NCBI GenBank assembly: GCA_030265395.1
Contig: JARFYF010000029.1
Span: 20,573,101-20,637,100, forward strand
From: Rhina ancylostomus
Lineage: Eukaryota
Length of the DNA stretch: 64,000 nt
Reading direction: 5' to 3'
Shown here: positions 52,001 through 64,000 of the stretch, one piece after another
Layout: each line of letters begins with the position of its first letter
Numbering within the stretch: position 1 is the first letter of the stretch
Position numbers and translations under genes: made by a program
The notes under the pieces: generated by a model
What the model saw: the letters and a program-made list of their open reading frames with translations, nothing else
What the model was told of the DNA's origin: nothing
Databases searched by the model: none

Positions 52001-52622
52001 GGTGATTCTTTTGTAGGCAGTGATGGTTGCTCAGGTGAAAGTGCTTGTACCACTTTAGGATTATGCGCTGCTTCCTTTTCAGAAGAAATTAGAGCTATCC
52101 TTGAAGGTGAAGAAGGTAACTTCAATTCAGGATAAAGTGAAGGTGCCATTTCATGATATAGTAATGTGTCCTCTTCAGCATTAGGCTGAGATACTGCATC
52201 AGAATAAGAGGAATACATTAATTTTAAAGAAGGATAAGATGGTAATTCAGCACGATTGCCTTGTCCTACTTCATGATTTCTTTCAGGGCCCAGTTCACCA
52301 TCCATTATGGGACTAGTTTCATGATCAGGAAGTGATTCCGTCATGTAAAGTGCTCCTTCCGGATTGGATTCTTTTAATTTTTCATTCTCATGAAAAGCAT
52401 AAGCTGATTTTGAAGGATAATGTTGAGTGTAACTTTGTTTGACATCCGCATAATCATGATAAAGTACCACTTCAGGATAAGGATTTGATGCTAATTCATG
52501 ATATGGATGCTGAACTTGTTCATTATTGAAATAAGGATTCACAAGCTTCTCGTTTACTGGATATGCTCGCTGTAATATTTGCCGCTTCTTCAACATGCCT
52601 GACAATTTTCGAATATCGAAAG
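49088..52622 (-). CDS. Giant coding exon (~3.5 kb): Pro/Ser/Glu-rich octapeptide repeat region plus N-terminal part of the C-type lectin domain
   Basis: Acceptor ttcttttttatttaatcacag. ORFs 50236..52674 and 49022..50215 join across the 10-N gap (SPEIVLPPSLKVMSST continues open after it). The exon ends SCLPGWTHYIYLSSCYQFFTKMKVTWLEAE|gtaagg (phase 0), a typical CTLD start. Confidence 0.9.
49300..52150 (-). repeat. Coding 24-bp (8-aa) tandem repeat array, consensus approximately SPEVPPPS / YPEMEPPP
   Basis: Plus-strand units such as cacttcaggtgaagatggaggagg recur every 24 nt, most homogeneously at ~51200-51980. An exact 27-bp duplication lies at 50892-50945. Confidence 0.9.
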
Positions 52623-53039
52623 CTGTGATTAAATAAAAAAGAAAGCTGAAATAATCACAAACTGAAATTCCCACTGATACTATCTCTCCATGCCAGTTTA
52701 AAACACATGCCAGATGTCCTATTTAAAAAGAACCCAAATTATCTATTACTAGCAGACTCTGAATGTTAGCTGCAGGGAAAATTTTAAAAGATGAGTTCTT
52801 TTTAATTACCCATGAATCAATATTTTTATTAGCATAATAGAGTAATTAATATCAAAGCCTGAAGCAAGGTTCATATGACTTCTGAAAAGTACAGTACTAT
52901 TCAGCTACCTCTGATGACAAATGCATAGGCATTTACACTTTCATTGACAGTTAAAGTTTACTTAAATTGAAGTTAATCAATTAAATGAATTAAAATTATA
53001 CTGCATTTTTTAAACTCTTGAATTTAATATACCAATGTA

Positions 53040-53330
53040 AGGTCATAGAGTTATATAGCATGAAAACAGGCCCTTCAGCCCAACTCATCCATGTCGACCA
53101 AGTTGTCTACCTGAGCAAGTCCCATTTACTTTTGTTTGGGCCATATCCCTCTAAACCTTTCCTATCCTTGTACCTGTCCAAATGTCTTTTAAATGTTGTA
53201 ATTATACCCACCTCTACAGCTTCCTTTAGCAGCTTGTTCTGTATACCCACCACCCTCAGGCCCCTTTTAAATATTTCCTCTCTCACCTTAAACCCATGCC
53301 CTCTAGTTTTAGACTCCGCTACCCTGGTTG
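53040..53330 (-). mobile_element. CR1 3' end
   Basis: catagagttatatagcatgaaaacaggcccttcagcccaac...ctcaccttaaacccatgccctctag. Confidence 0.85.
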
Positions 53331-54119
53331 AACCTGATAAATTATAAAGCTTAATATTTTAATTTTAATGCAAAGAGCATTTCAAATGAAATCCTGAAAT
53401 TAGTGATGCTACTTGTACAAGTAGAGGTATTATTAGTTTTCAGAGAATAAATAAAATTTATTAAAATGGCCCAAAATAAAATCAAGATAGATTGATTAAT
53501 TTCACAAAAAAGATTATTCTCCTAAATACTCAAGTGAAAAATGCTGAGTACATATCTTCCAAGTGTCAATCTAAATGGCATTCTGGAAAAATAACTAAGT
53601 GGAAGATGTTCACTAATACTTGGACATAAATTGAACAGTATTTGCTGAACACTGCACTAGAACAGTTAAATGCAATAATTGCCAGTTTGCTCTCTGAAAT
53701 ACCCCAGTTCACTGTGGGATGCATGAAAATGGCATATCGCTGTTATAGGAGATTTCACTCTTTGAATGTCAAGTGAGTCTACAATCATCCACTATAGATT
53801 ATGATCATCAATGTTCAATACCCGGGTAGTGCCCTGGTTTCTTAATACCTTTGCCCCAGACCAAATAGTGAGTACTGAAAGAGCAAGGGCTATTTGCTTT
53901 GTAAAATTGTGGAGCAGGCTTTTCCATTCTTTACGCTAAGGAATCTGTTCTTGAATCTTGTATCAGATTAGATCTGATGCAAAAACTGTGTTCGCATTCA
54001 AATGAATGTTAATTGTAGTGTTATGAAGAAGAACTAAGTAGGTTACATTGATTTGATTTATTGTGTTTCATTCAATGTTTTAAGTGTAAAATGAAAGTGT
54101 TTTAAGTGTATTTAGTACC

Positions 54120-55400
54120 ATGATTACAATGAACAATCGAGGTCCTTGACCAAGCGTTGGTAAGTAGGTAATTGGTGAGTAAGTGCCATTGGATAACACT
54201 GTTGATGATTCCTTTTCATCACTGCTGATGCTGATGAAGCAGTGGTTGCTAAGGTCAATTTGAGCTGCCTTTAACGTACACAGAGTGCAGTCTTTGAGTT
54301 GGTGCTTGTGAAGGATAAGTTCAAATGATACTACCTAATCAGGAGAGGTGGCCGCCTTCTTCTGGCAGAGGTAGCTCAACAGCTTCAGGACCCATCAATG
54401 AAGAAAGGATAGGGTTTAGCTCTCTTGTAAAGATTGAATAGTTACTGGACAGTTTGAAAGCATCTGACATTTGTCATACAAAATGTAGAACTTGAACTAG
54501 AAGTAAGAAAGGAAAAAGGAAGAAATCCTGTAGAGCATCTCCTTCAGCACTAACAGTCACCATGGCCTTCTCTATCCTCATGATAGCCAGTATCGTTTGT
54601 TCAAAGAGACAAAGTGTGCAGAGAATATTAGATACTTCTCTGCATGGAGTTAGATTGAGACTTTGCCTGCAAGAAGTATATTAGTAACAGACTTGTGAAA
54701 AATTGAGTGAAAATGCTATGGTAATATTCACATAAAAGATGTGAACAACTGTTGTTGAAAAAGTATTGAGTATGTTAGTAAAAAGAAAAGGATGTGTAGT
54801 GGTTCACTGTTTTGTAGGAAGCAGGGAGATTATTGAGAATAATGAGGCTGTAGGTAGTCCAGATGTAGAAGGTGATAAGGGAATAGCTTTGCTGCCATTG
54901 TAGCCATGCCCTTGGCTCCTGAACAGAACAAGGTCTTTCTTTCCCAGCAGCTGAATCAGGTTCTCTTATCAGAATCAGAAAACCTATTGGTCCCCCTTCT
55001 GGCATTTCTTTCTTCAGAATTTTGCTATTTTTTATGTGGGCCAATTGAAGAGTTCACCAAAGAGGTGCTGGCTGCACACATATGATATGAGATTCTTGTC
55101 TCCTACATCCTAACTTAGAGTACAAAAAAAGGAGGGGAAATCAGACGTTTCCTTCTGCATGCTGGCATGGGCTGCTTCATTTGCTGAGGTGAATTAAATT
55201 GAATATTGTGGAAGCATTGTTACATATTCTGATTTCTGATGTTATGATGGACATATGGTTATTAATGAAGCAGCTGAAGATGGCTGGGCCTGGCATAATT
55301 CCTTAGATTTCTCCTGCAGTGATATTGTAGAGCTGGGATAACTGACTCACTTTCAGCAACCTTTGTGCAAGGTATGACTGACCAGTAGAATACTTTCCCT
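54120..55400 (-). mobile_element. CR1-group LINE fragments (same family as 48330-49020)
   Basis: aatgaagcagctgaagatggctgggcct...tcctgcagtgat and related RT remnants. Confidence 0.6.
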
Positions 55401-55479
55401 TTGCACTCTCCTCACAGCTCACAAAACCATCTAGATTTGTATCATAGACAAACTTGGATTCATGACACTTGCCCCCCCT

Positions 55480-58400
55480 CAAAACAAACCCCTGATATAG
55501 ATTATGAAAAGATGGGCCCTAGCAACAATCACTGTGGCAACCCTCTAGTCACAGCATCATCATCTGAAAATGATCCATTTATTCCTATCCTCTGTTTACA
55601 ATATATTTTCTAAAACATAAATTCCCAGTCCTCACCAAACTTTGTTTAACAACAGCAGCTTATCAATGGCCTTCTGAATGTCCAAAGCCACCATATGCAT
55701 TGGTTCTTCCTTATTTATTCTGTTAGTTACAGCCTTAAAAACCCTTAATAGATTTGCAAGCATAATTTCCCTTTCATAAATGCAAATTGACTTTCCTCAA
55801 ATTTATCATTATTTTCCAAGTATCACCTACTAGTAGATTCCTGCATTTTTCCTTCTGCTGATACCAGGCTGAATGGCCTGTTCTCTCTTTCTTTCCTTTC
55901 TTAAACAGTGGATTACATTTGTTATCTTCTAATTCAGAATCAATAGAATTTTGGAAAAATCCACTGTTTTCATTCCCACTTCTTTCAAAATCTTGGGATG
56001 TGGAGCATCAGATCCTGGGGTCTTATTGGCTTTCAGTCTCATAAGCTCTTCCAATAATGTATTTTATTAATGCTAATTTCATTCCATTCTTCATTCACCT
56101 TCAACCTGCTGTTCATCATTACTAGTTTTGTTCTGTATTTTCTCCATGAAGGCAAACACACAATATTTCTTTTTTTGCCATTTCTTTATTCCCCAATATA
56201 ATTCCTCTTGTCTCAGTCAACAAAGGACATAGATTAATTTCTGGTAATATGTTCATGTTTACATGTCTATNNNNNNNNNNNNNNNNNNNNNNNNNNNTTT
56301 CTTAGAATAATCCCACGTTCTACTTTCTTGTATCAATTTCTTTTAATGAGGAATTAAGAGATAGTATAATTCTGCAGAAGCAAACTAAATATAGCAGAAA
56401 TGGAAGGGAATCAAGGGTGCAATGAATGTGAGAAAGTTAATATTACTAAAGAGGAAGTATGAAAGAAATGAATAGCAATTCAAACAACACTGCGGACGTG
56501 CACTTACGGAATAGAAGCAGGAGTAGGCTATTGCCCCTCAAGCCTGCTGTGTCATTCAATAAGAACCTGGCTCATTTGATTGTAATCTCAACTCCTCATT
56601 ACTATCCCCTTGCTTGTTTAAAAAAAATGTCTTAAAAATATTCAATCATTGACTTCAGCACCATTTGAGGAAGAGAAGTCCAAAAGACTCACAACACTCT
56701 GAAAATTATTTTAAAGATTTGCCTTGTATCAGTCTTAAATGGGTGACCTCTTATTTTAAACAGTAACCCCAAGTTCTAGGTTCACCCACAAGAGCAAACA
56801 TCTTCTCCACATACACCTGTCACAACCTTTCAGAATTTTATAGATTCCAATCCAATCCTCTTACTTTTCTAAGCTCCAGTGGATACAAGTCTAACCTGTC
56901 CCTACCTTTTCTTATTAGACAACCCACCTCATAGCCTGCATCTGATGAATGAAGAGATAATAGATGTATTAGTCATGATTTTCCAAAATTCCTTACATTT
57001 TGTAAGCTTGACAGCTGTTTGGATCTTTGCAAATGTAACACTGCTATTTAATAAGGGAAGAAAAAATTGTGACTCATGGACCGGTTAGCCTGATATTCAT
57101 TATTGGCAAGTTGCTGGAATCCATTGTTGGCATTAACAGTCTATATGAACCAGGCAGAGTCAACATGGTTTTATGAAAGAAAATGTTGTGTTTTACATAT
57201 GTGATAGAGTTTTTGAGGGTGTAACTAACAAAAGAAGAACCTTCCTGGAACTGAACCTGCCCCCAGATCCCTCTGCTCGTCTACTCTGCCACGTACCTTG
57301 CCATTTACCTCGTACTCTGCCCTGGAGTTTGTCCTTCCAAAGTGTACCACCTCGCACTTCTCCGGATTGNNNNNNNNNNNNNNNNNNNNNNNNNNNNNNN
57401 NNNNNNNNNNNNNNNNNNNNNNNNNNNNNNNNNNNNNNNNNNNNNGGACAACATTGAGGAGGGGCATAGATAGAGTGGACATGAAATATCTTTGTCCCAT
57501 TATTGAGTGTTCCAATAGCAGAGGGCATGCATTTAAGGTGAGAGGGGATAGGTTCAGAACAGATGCGAGGAGTACATTATTTACTCAGAGTGGTGGATGT
57601 CTGGAATGCGTTGCCTGATAGGGTGGTGGAGGAAAATTCATTGGGGGCTTTTAAGAGGGGCTTGGATGTGCACATGAATGAGAAGAAAATAGAGGGATAT
57701 GGGCATTCTGTACATAGGAGAGATTAGCAATGTTGGCACAACATTGTGGGCCGAAGGGCTTGTTCTGTGCTGTACTATTCTATGTTCTGTTATTGCAGGA
57801 AGTTTTGATTTTCAAATGCCATTTTAAAAGGTATCACATCAAAGATTATTCCATTAAAATAAGGCCTCAGAGTTTGTGGGCAACCTATTAGTACGGATGG
57901 AGAACTGGGTTGGAAACTGGATGGGAATAACAAGAATGTTACTAGTGGAAGATTGTTATCAATGGGGTACTGATAGTCCTCAGCTTTTTATGTCCTCTGC
58001 AAGCAGCTACTGATTAGCCCACCTACATTCTTGTCCTAATCATTTATATATGTGACTTGGATAGGAATGTGGATGTGCTGATTGGTGAATTTGCAGAGGA
58101 TGTGAAAATTAGTGGTTTTGGATAGTTAGGAAGGTTGTCAAATGATTCAGTGGGATATAGACCGGTTGGAAATATGGGTGGAGAAATGGTAGATGAACTT
58201 CAATCCTGATATGTGTGAGGTGTTAGTCTTTGTGAGGTCAAGTCTTGAGGTCAAGAGGAAAGTACACAGTAAATGGCAGAACCCTTTGGAGTATTAATTA
58301 CTGAGGGATCTTGGGGTGAAAGTACCCAGCTCCCAGTAAGTGGCAACACAAGTGGATTGGATGGTAAAGAAGGCGTGCGTAATACTTGTCTTTATCAGTT

Positions 58401-61290
58401 AGGGGATTGAGTGTAAAAGTTGGGAAGTCATGTTGCAGCTGTATAAAACTTTGGTTAGACCACATTTGGATTATTGTGTGCAATTCTGGTTGCTGCATTA
58501 CAGGAAAGATGTGGAGGCTTTGGAGAGGGTGCCAAAGATGTTCACCAGGATGTTGCCTCAATTAGCGTATTAGTATAAGGAGAGTTTGAACAAACTTGGA
58601 TTGTTTCCTCGGGAGTGTCAGAGGCTAAGGGGTGGTGATGAAGTATAGAAAATTATGAGAGGCATAGATAGGGTAGATAATCAGAATCTTTTTCCCAGGG
58701 TAGAAATGTCAAATACAAGAGGGACTAGCTTTATGTTGGGAGAGGGAAAGTTTAAAGGAGATTTGTNNNNNNNNNNNNNNNNNNNNNNNNNNNNNNNNNN
58801 NNNNNNNNNNNNNNNNNNNNNNNNNNNNNNNNNNNNNNNNNNNNNNNNNNNNNNNNNNNNNNNNNNGGAGAGGGAAAGTTTAAAGGAGATTTGTGATGCC
58901 ATTTTTTTACTCAGAGAGTGGTGGGTGCCTGAATGCACTGCCGGAGAGGTGATGGAAGCAGATACAATAGCAACATTTAAGAGACATTCAGACAGACACA
59001 TGAAAAGGCAGGAGTTTGAGGGATATAGGCCATGTGCAGGCAGATGTGATTAGCTTAAATTGGCATCATGGTTGGCACAGGCATTGTGGGCTGAAGGGCC
59101 TGTCCCTGTGCTGTACTGTTCTATGTTCTAATTCATAGTAATGATTTAGTTGAGTACAATATGTTACAAAGCTACTTGGGAAAGTTGGTGAGTCGTAAGG
59201 AGTAAACAAAGATCCTGCAAAAGGCTAGAGACAATGGGCGAGGTGGCAGTGGAAAAATGTGAATTTTTTCCTCCGTGGTGAGGTGGATGAAAAATATTGG
59301 TGTATACAGAGATCTCAATGTATGGGTTCATGAGTTGCAGAAAGTGAAGACACAAAGCAAGTACTTAAAAAAACAATTGATATGAAAAGCAAAGAAAATA
59401 CAAGTACTGGAAATCTGAAATAAAACCAGAAAATGTTGAAAACACTCAGAAGATCAAGCAGCATCAGTGGAATGTCAAACAACTCTGTTTCTATTTCCAC
59501 AGATGCTGCTGACCTACTGAGTGTTTGCAGCATTTTCTAGTTTTAAAGCAATTGACATGTTAGCCTTAACTATAAGAGGAATGGAATACAAAAAAAGAGA
59601 AGTCCTACTTAAATTGTGCAGGACTTCAATGAAAATAGACTTGGAGTAGTGCATGCAGGTTTGGTTTTAATGAAGACAGTATGTACTTAGAGCCAGTGCC
59701 TTATGTATTCATTGAGTCTGTTACTGGAACAATGGAGGTTGTCTTAAGAAGTGTAACTGAACAAGGTCAGCCTTTACTCACGAGACATCAAAAGAATGAG
59801 AGTTGACATGATTGAGATATATAAGATTCTAAGAGAGGGATTGAAAGGGTAGATGACCAGAGCCTGCTTCCTCCATCTGGAGAGTCTAGATCTAAGGGGA
59901 CAGTCTCAGGGTTACTGGTTTGATATTCAAGGCTGAGATTAGGAGAAATTTCTACAAACAAAATTCTCCTGTCCAGAAAGTTCTAACTGATCAGTCAGCA
60001 AGTATATTCAAGGCTAAGGTTAATAGATTTCTTGATTTGGGGATGGAACAGTAAAGTGGACCTGACACACAGTTCAGCCATAGTCTTATTGAATTTTGGA
60101 GAAGGCTCAAGCTTACTCCTGTTTCTATTTCTTAAGTTCCCGTGCTCTTATTTCACATCCAGCTAAACAGTTAAAATGAGCCTCACCCTATCATATTATC
60201 TGAAGGATGGTATATCCAACAATGCAGTGGACCAAGTATGTGGTGCTATATGTAGTGTGTCAACTGTGTAGCATTCTTATCAGTATTTCCTCATACTGTT
60301 AGCTCCCAATGGATGGTAAATAAAGAAAATTCTGAAATGCTGTGGCTTTAAAAACAATTTGTGTATTCTAATTGAGGACCAAGGACCATTGACTAATATT
60401 AATCTTACTGCACAACTCCAAAGTACAAGAGGTCATATCTCATTATATTTCCATAACAAATGCACCATTTCACATATTTGTTAACCTACAACCTAAATGG
60501 TAATTTCCATCAACATATTTTCATTAGTGGCATTTGAGAAAGCTAGGCAATAACAACACACCTGCAATATTGACCCCAAACATCTCTCAAAACTAAATAG
60601 CTGTGAGAATAGATGGGATAAATAAGGGGGGACTGGTGAATATGGCATATTTGATTTTTCAATAAGGTCCCACACAAGGGGATGGTCAACATGATCAGAG
60701 CAGACTGTTGGAGGTAGTATACAGACATGGAGGGAAAATTAGTCATCAGAAAGCAAAGAGTGGATATCAACAGATGTTTCTTGGGTTTGCAGGCTGTGAC
60801 TAGTTAGTTACCACAAAGAGTGGGGCTTGGCCCATTTGTTCATCATCTACGTCGATAATTGTGTGAAGGGGCCAAATGTCATATTTCCAAGTTCACTGAT
60901 GATTTAAAACTAGGTGGGATTGTGAGTAGGGAAGAGAATGTAAAGAAACTTCAAAGTGATATCAACAAGCTGATGCAATACAAGGTAGAAAAAAGAAAGC
61001 AGAAAAATTGAATACTTCTTTAAATGCTGAGAGATTGGGTAATGTTGCTGTTCAGAGGGATCTAGGTATTCTTTTGCCCAAGTCACTGAAAGCCTACATG
61101 CAGATGCAATAAGCAAATAGGAAGACAAATGGTACCTTGGTGTTTATTTTGAGAGAACTTCAGTACAGGAGTGACGATGCCTCACTGAAGTTATAAAGGG
61201 TTTCAGTGAGACTGTACCTGGGGTCTCATATATTGTTTTGTCTCTTTACCTAAAAAAAGGATAAGTTTGCTACAGAGGGAGTACAGTAAC
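55480..61290. mobile_element. Cluster of nested CR1 fragments in both orientations filling the first coding intron
   Basis: NPEKCEVVHFGRTN (57225..57515 -), RGIDRVD...RGHAFKV (57298..57618 +), long RT-to-tail copy at 58040-59130 (+), further copies at 55480-56330 (-), 59150-60140 (+) and 60560-61290 (+). Confidence 0.85.
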
Positions 61291-61392
61291 AATTCAAAGA
61301 ATCAAAACAGTTCCTTATCATTTTATACTGGAATTCACTTCTATTTACACACATCACATTTTCTTCAAAGTTAACAAACTAATTGTAATTAC

Positions 61393-61447
61393 CTGCAGCA
61401 TCAACTAAGAGCCTTGCACTGATCAGAAGAATGATCCTTAATATCAT
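61393..61447 (-). CDS. Coding exon 1 (signal peptide MILRIILLISARLLVDAA) of a proline-rich C-type lectin gene
   Basis: Minus strand: acceptor ttttgtttttcctttcag (exon starts 61477), ATG at 61447 with A at -3, 18 mostly hydrophobic codons plus G, then donor GTAATT. The phase-1 end joins the acceptor at 52622 to give ...DAA-AFDIRK in frame. Confidence 0.85.
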
Positions 61448-63119
61448 ATTTGTACCATGAAGTTCTTTTCCTGCAGCCTGAAAGGAAAAACAAAATTTTA
61501 CATTAATATGTTTAAAAGTAATTAGTGTGAAAAGAGAGAAATTCCAATCCTGTTCCAATATCTTTTCTCCAGTCTACAGAGTGATAGTTTACATTGGTAA
61601 TTATATATACATCAGGTCTGCACCACATTTGAAAGCACAGAAATTTGATACAATTGGTAGATCGACACTGATGTCAAAACAACTACCAGCCAGTATTTGC
61701 TTCTTATTGGAACTGAGGGAAAGAAGAGGTGGAGTTTTCACAGTACAACTGGAGTGCACCTTAGGTATTGCGATACTTACAATATATCCCAAATGTTTTA
61801 GTCAGATCATTAATCAGCACATGTTCCAAGTGGGATCAAGGAGAAAGCTCCATTTCTGCTAACATGAGACTTGGAACTAGACCTTAAACAATCATTCATC
61901 TCTCTCTGTTGGGTCACTCGCCATTTTAGTCATCAGTAGCCTGTTAACTATTTAATAGTCTGAAACACTGAACAAAATTGCGGTACAAACTATTTTTATT
62001 TAATGCAAAAGCCATAGAAAAGCACACCATGAAACAAACGAAGGTAATAATTAACTATAATGTCATTACGTTTTTGGATTTTATTTCTTTGTGACCGTCA
62101 GTTGCTGCCTTATTTTCACATGAGAATACAGGAAATCAAGTTCAAAGCAACTGCCAATAAGGTATATAGGAGCCAAAAGACACTACAAATCAAATTAAAC
62201 CTCAACAAATGATAAAGAGTTAAGGTTAGAAGAGTGAAATCAATTGTTGATTTTAAAACAAATGTGTCGAGTTGGTTTGATCTTCAGTGGTTAGTGTTGG
62301 TGAAAAATGGAAACTGGAAAACAGTGACTGCTGCATTTGGTTTAGAGACCTTTCGTTAGCAGGAATTAAAACAGAGATAAAGGTTATATAATTCTGTAAC
62401 AATGAAGCAGCCCAAATCAGAATAGTGGATAGCAAGAGGCACTAATGTTTCATGTGAAGAAGGAAGCTTCAACAGTGGTCATAGCTAATAAAGAAATGTC
62501 AATAATTAAAAACACAAGACATTGAGGATGTACAAAAGATGAGAGAGATTATGAGAGGCAGAATATGTTAGAGTACATATAATAATTTCCTTCACTAGTG
62601 ATCTACTTTGCTCTTTCCAAGGCATCCCATAAAGCTATTGCAACACTCTATATTGAGTATGGTGCAGCTGGAGTCCAATGTCTATGATCACATGACATGT
62701 CATTTCTGTAAATATTGTTGAACAGGGATCCCAAGCTTGTTTCTTCAAGGTCTGAAACATTTTGCTCCCTTCTTTGTGTTGCCTTCTACTTATCCTGACA
62801 AAGAAGCAGTAAAACATTATTAACGATAGAATTTTTGAAGTGAAAGTGATTACATACACCACAGAACAGACCTTAGTGCTTTTAATGTTTTTTAAGAAAA
62901 TTTTACAGAAAACGTTCAGCTACCTTTAAACTACGAAGTCAGTCAGTGGAACAGGAACATCCACCAATTAGCTATGCTCTCTGAACTGGACGATGTGTTT
63001 GCTTGCAGCCCCTTCCAGATTTTTTTTTATTTCTAATGGGTCATGAAGGCATCTTCTGGGTAAATGGGAATTTGGTCTGGAACTACTAGTGCTTTATGAT
63101 GTCCAAGTCAAACAGGATG

Positions 63120-63550
63120 AGAGGGTTGTCTTATCACAAATGGCTAAAAGGTTGAAGTTTAGAAAAATGAGGGGTGATCTTGTTGAAACATAGACCCTAA
63201 ATGGTATGATTAGGTAGATGTTGAGATGTTCCCACTACTGAGGGAGACTGGAACAAAAGGGCGTACCTATATAAGAGCAAGCAGTCATTTAAGCCTGATG
63301 TGTGAAGAAATTTGTTTTCACACATGGTGATACATCTTTGGAACTCTTTATCCAGAGAGTTATGCAGTTAGAGCACTGTGGCTATTTAAATAGGAGGTAG
63401 AAACATTTTAAAAGATTGGTGAAATGAGGGCTGTGTGGAACTGGGAATGAAGGGGAGTTGAGGCCTGGAACAGATCAGCCATGATCATATTGAATGGAGG
63501 GCAGGTTTGATGGGCCAAGTGGCGTATTTCTGCTCCTATTGTGTTCTTGT
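63120..63550 (+). mobile_element. CR1 3' end
   Basis: gaagtttagaaaaatgaggggtgatctt...cagatcagccatgatcatattgaatgg...ctgctcctat tail. Confidence 0.85.
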
Positions 63551-64000
63551 TTCCGGTTGCTATGTGCATGTAGCATGTTATTGCATGGGCTTACACAAAG
63601 AACTGAGGAGAATGATGTCCACCAGCAATGGTGTCTCTGGAATTATAACACTTGCTAAATTGGCCTAGTCCTGAAGAATAAACTGCCAGACTAGGTCAAA
63701 TTCATTTGGTGAGATCACTGTAGCAAGTGGACAGACTAAGTGCCTCAGAAACCGGGGAATGGGTGAACGTTGATGTACATTCCTCACTCATGGAACTTCT
63801 AACCCAGGAGCTGGTATTCTTTGGCACTTTCTACCTGATTGCTTCATACCTTGAAATGCTGTTCTACATTCTGGTTGTTGTAACTGCACAGCACCAGTTC
63901 TCACATTTTGATATTTCTTCACACATGCAAAATTAGCCTACATCACATGCATGCTTCAGCAATTTGGCATATATAAGATAACCAGTTTACACTCTTGTTT

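Noticed and set aside
52623-52674. ORF-track start 'MGISVCDYFSFLFYLIT' as a signal peptide (and the tail VRQNNPD... at 49022-49087)
   Set aside because: These are intron read-through: a polypyrimidine tract/acceptor at one end and sequence past the GTAAGG donor at the other.
58739-58894. Direct repeat ggagagggaaagtttaaaggagatttgt on both sides of a gap
   Set aside because: Same scaffolding artefact inside a CR1 copy.

Overview
Eukaryotic, repeat-rich genomic DNA with assembly gaps. The repeat families (CR1 with esterase ORF1, HE1/V-type tRNA SINEs, Deu-domain SINEs, L2, Rex1) point to a cartilaginous fish (shark or ray); this is an inference. The main content is one complete minus-strand spliced gene that I assembled by hand: coding exons 61447-61393, 52622-49088, 44163-44023, 43840-43729 and 42051-41978, all with GT-AG introns and matching phases (1,0,0,1). 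It encodes a secreted protein of about 1,300 aa: an 18-aa signal peptide, about 1,150 aa of Pro/Ser/Glu-rich octapeptide repeats in a single ~3.5 kb exon, and a C-terminal REG-like C-type lectin domain (QPD...WSD, one extra Cys). A decayed copy of the repeat array sits inside a LINE in the next intron. Also present: probable 3' exons of an unidentified + strand gene (10.3-25.5 kb), a CpG-rich promoter with three PBX/PREP-type decamers (~27.1-27.8 kb), relics of Harbinger and Vingi elements, a long-TIR element, and palindromic Penelope-like repeats. No rRNA, true tRNA gene or CRISPR array was seen. Repeat boundaries are approximate and family calls come from recalled motifs, not database searches.
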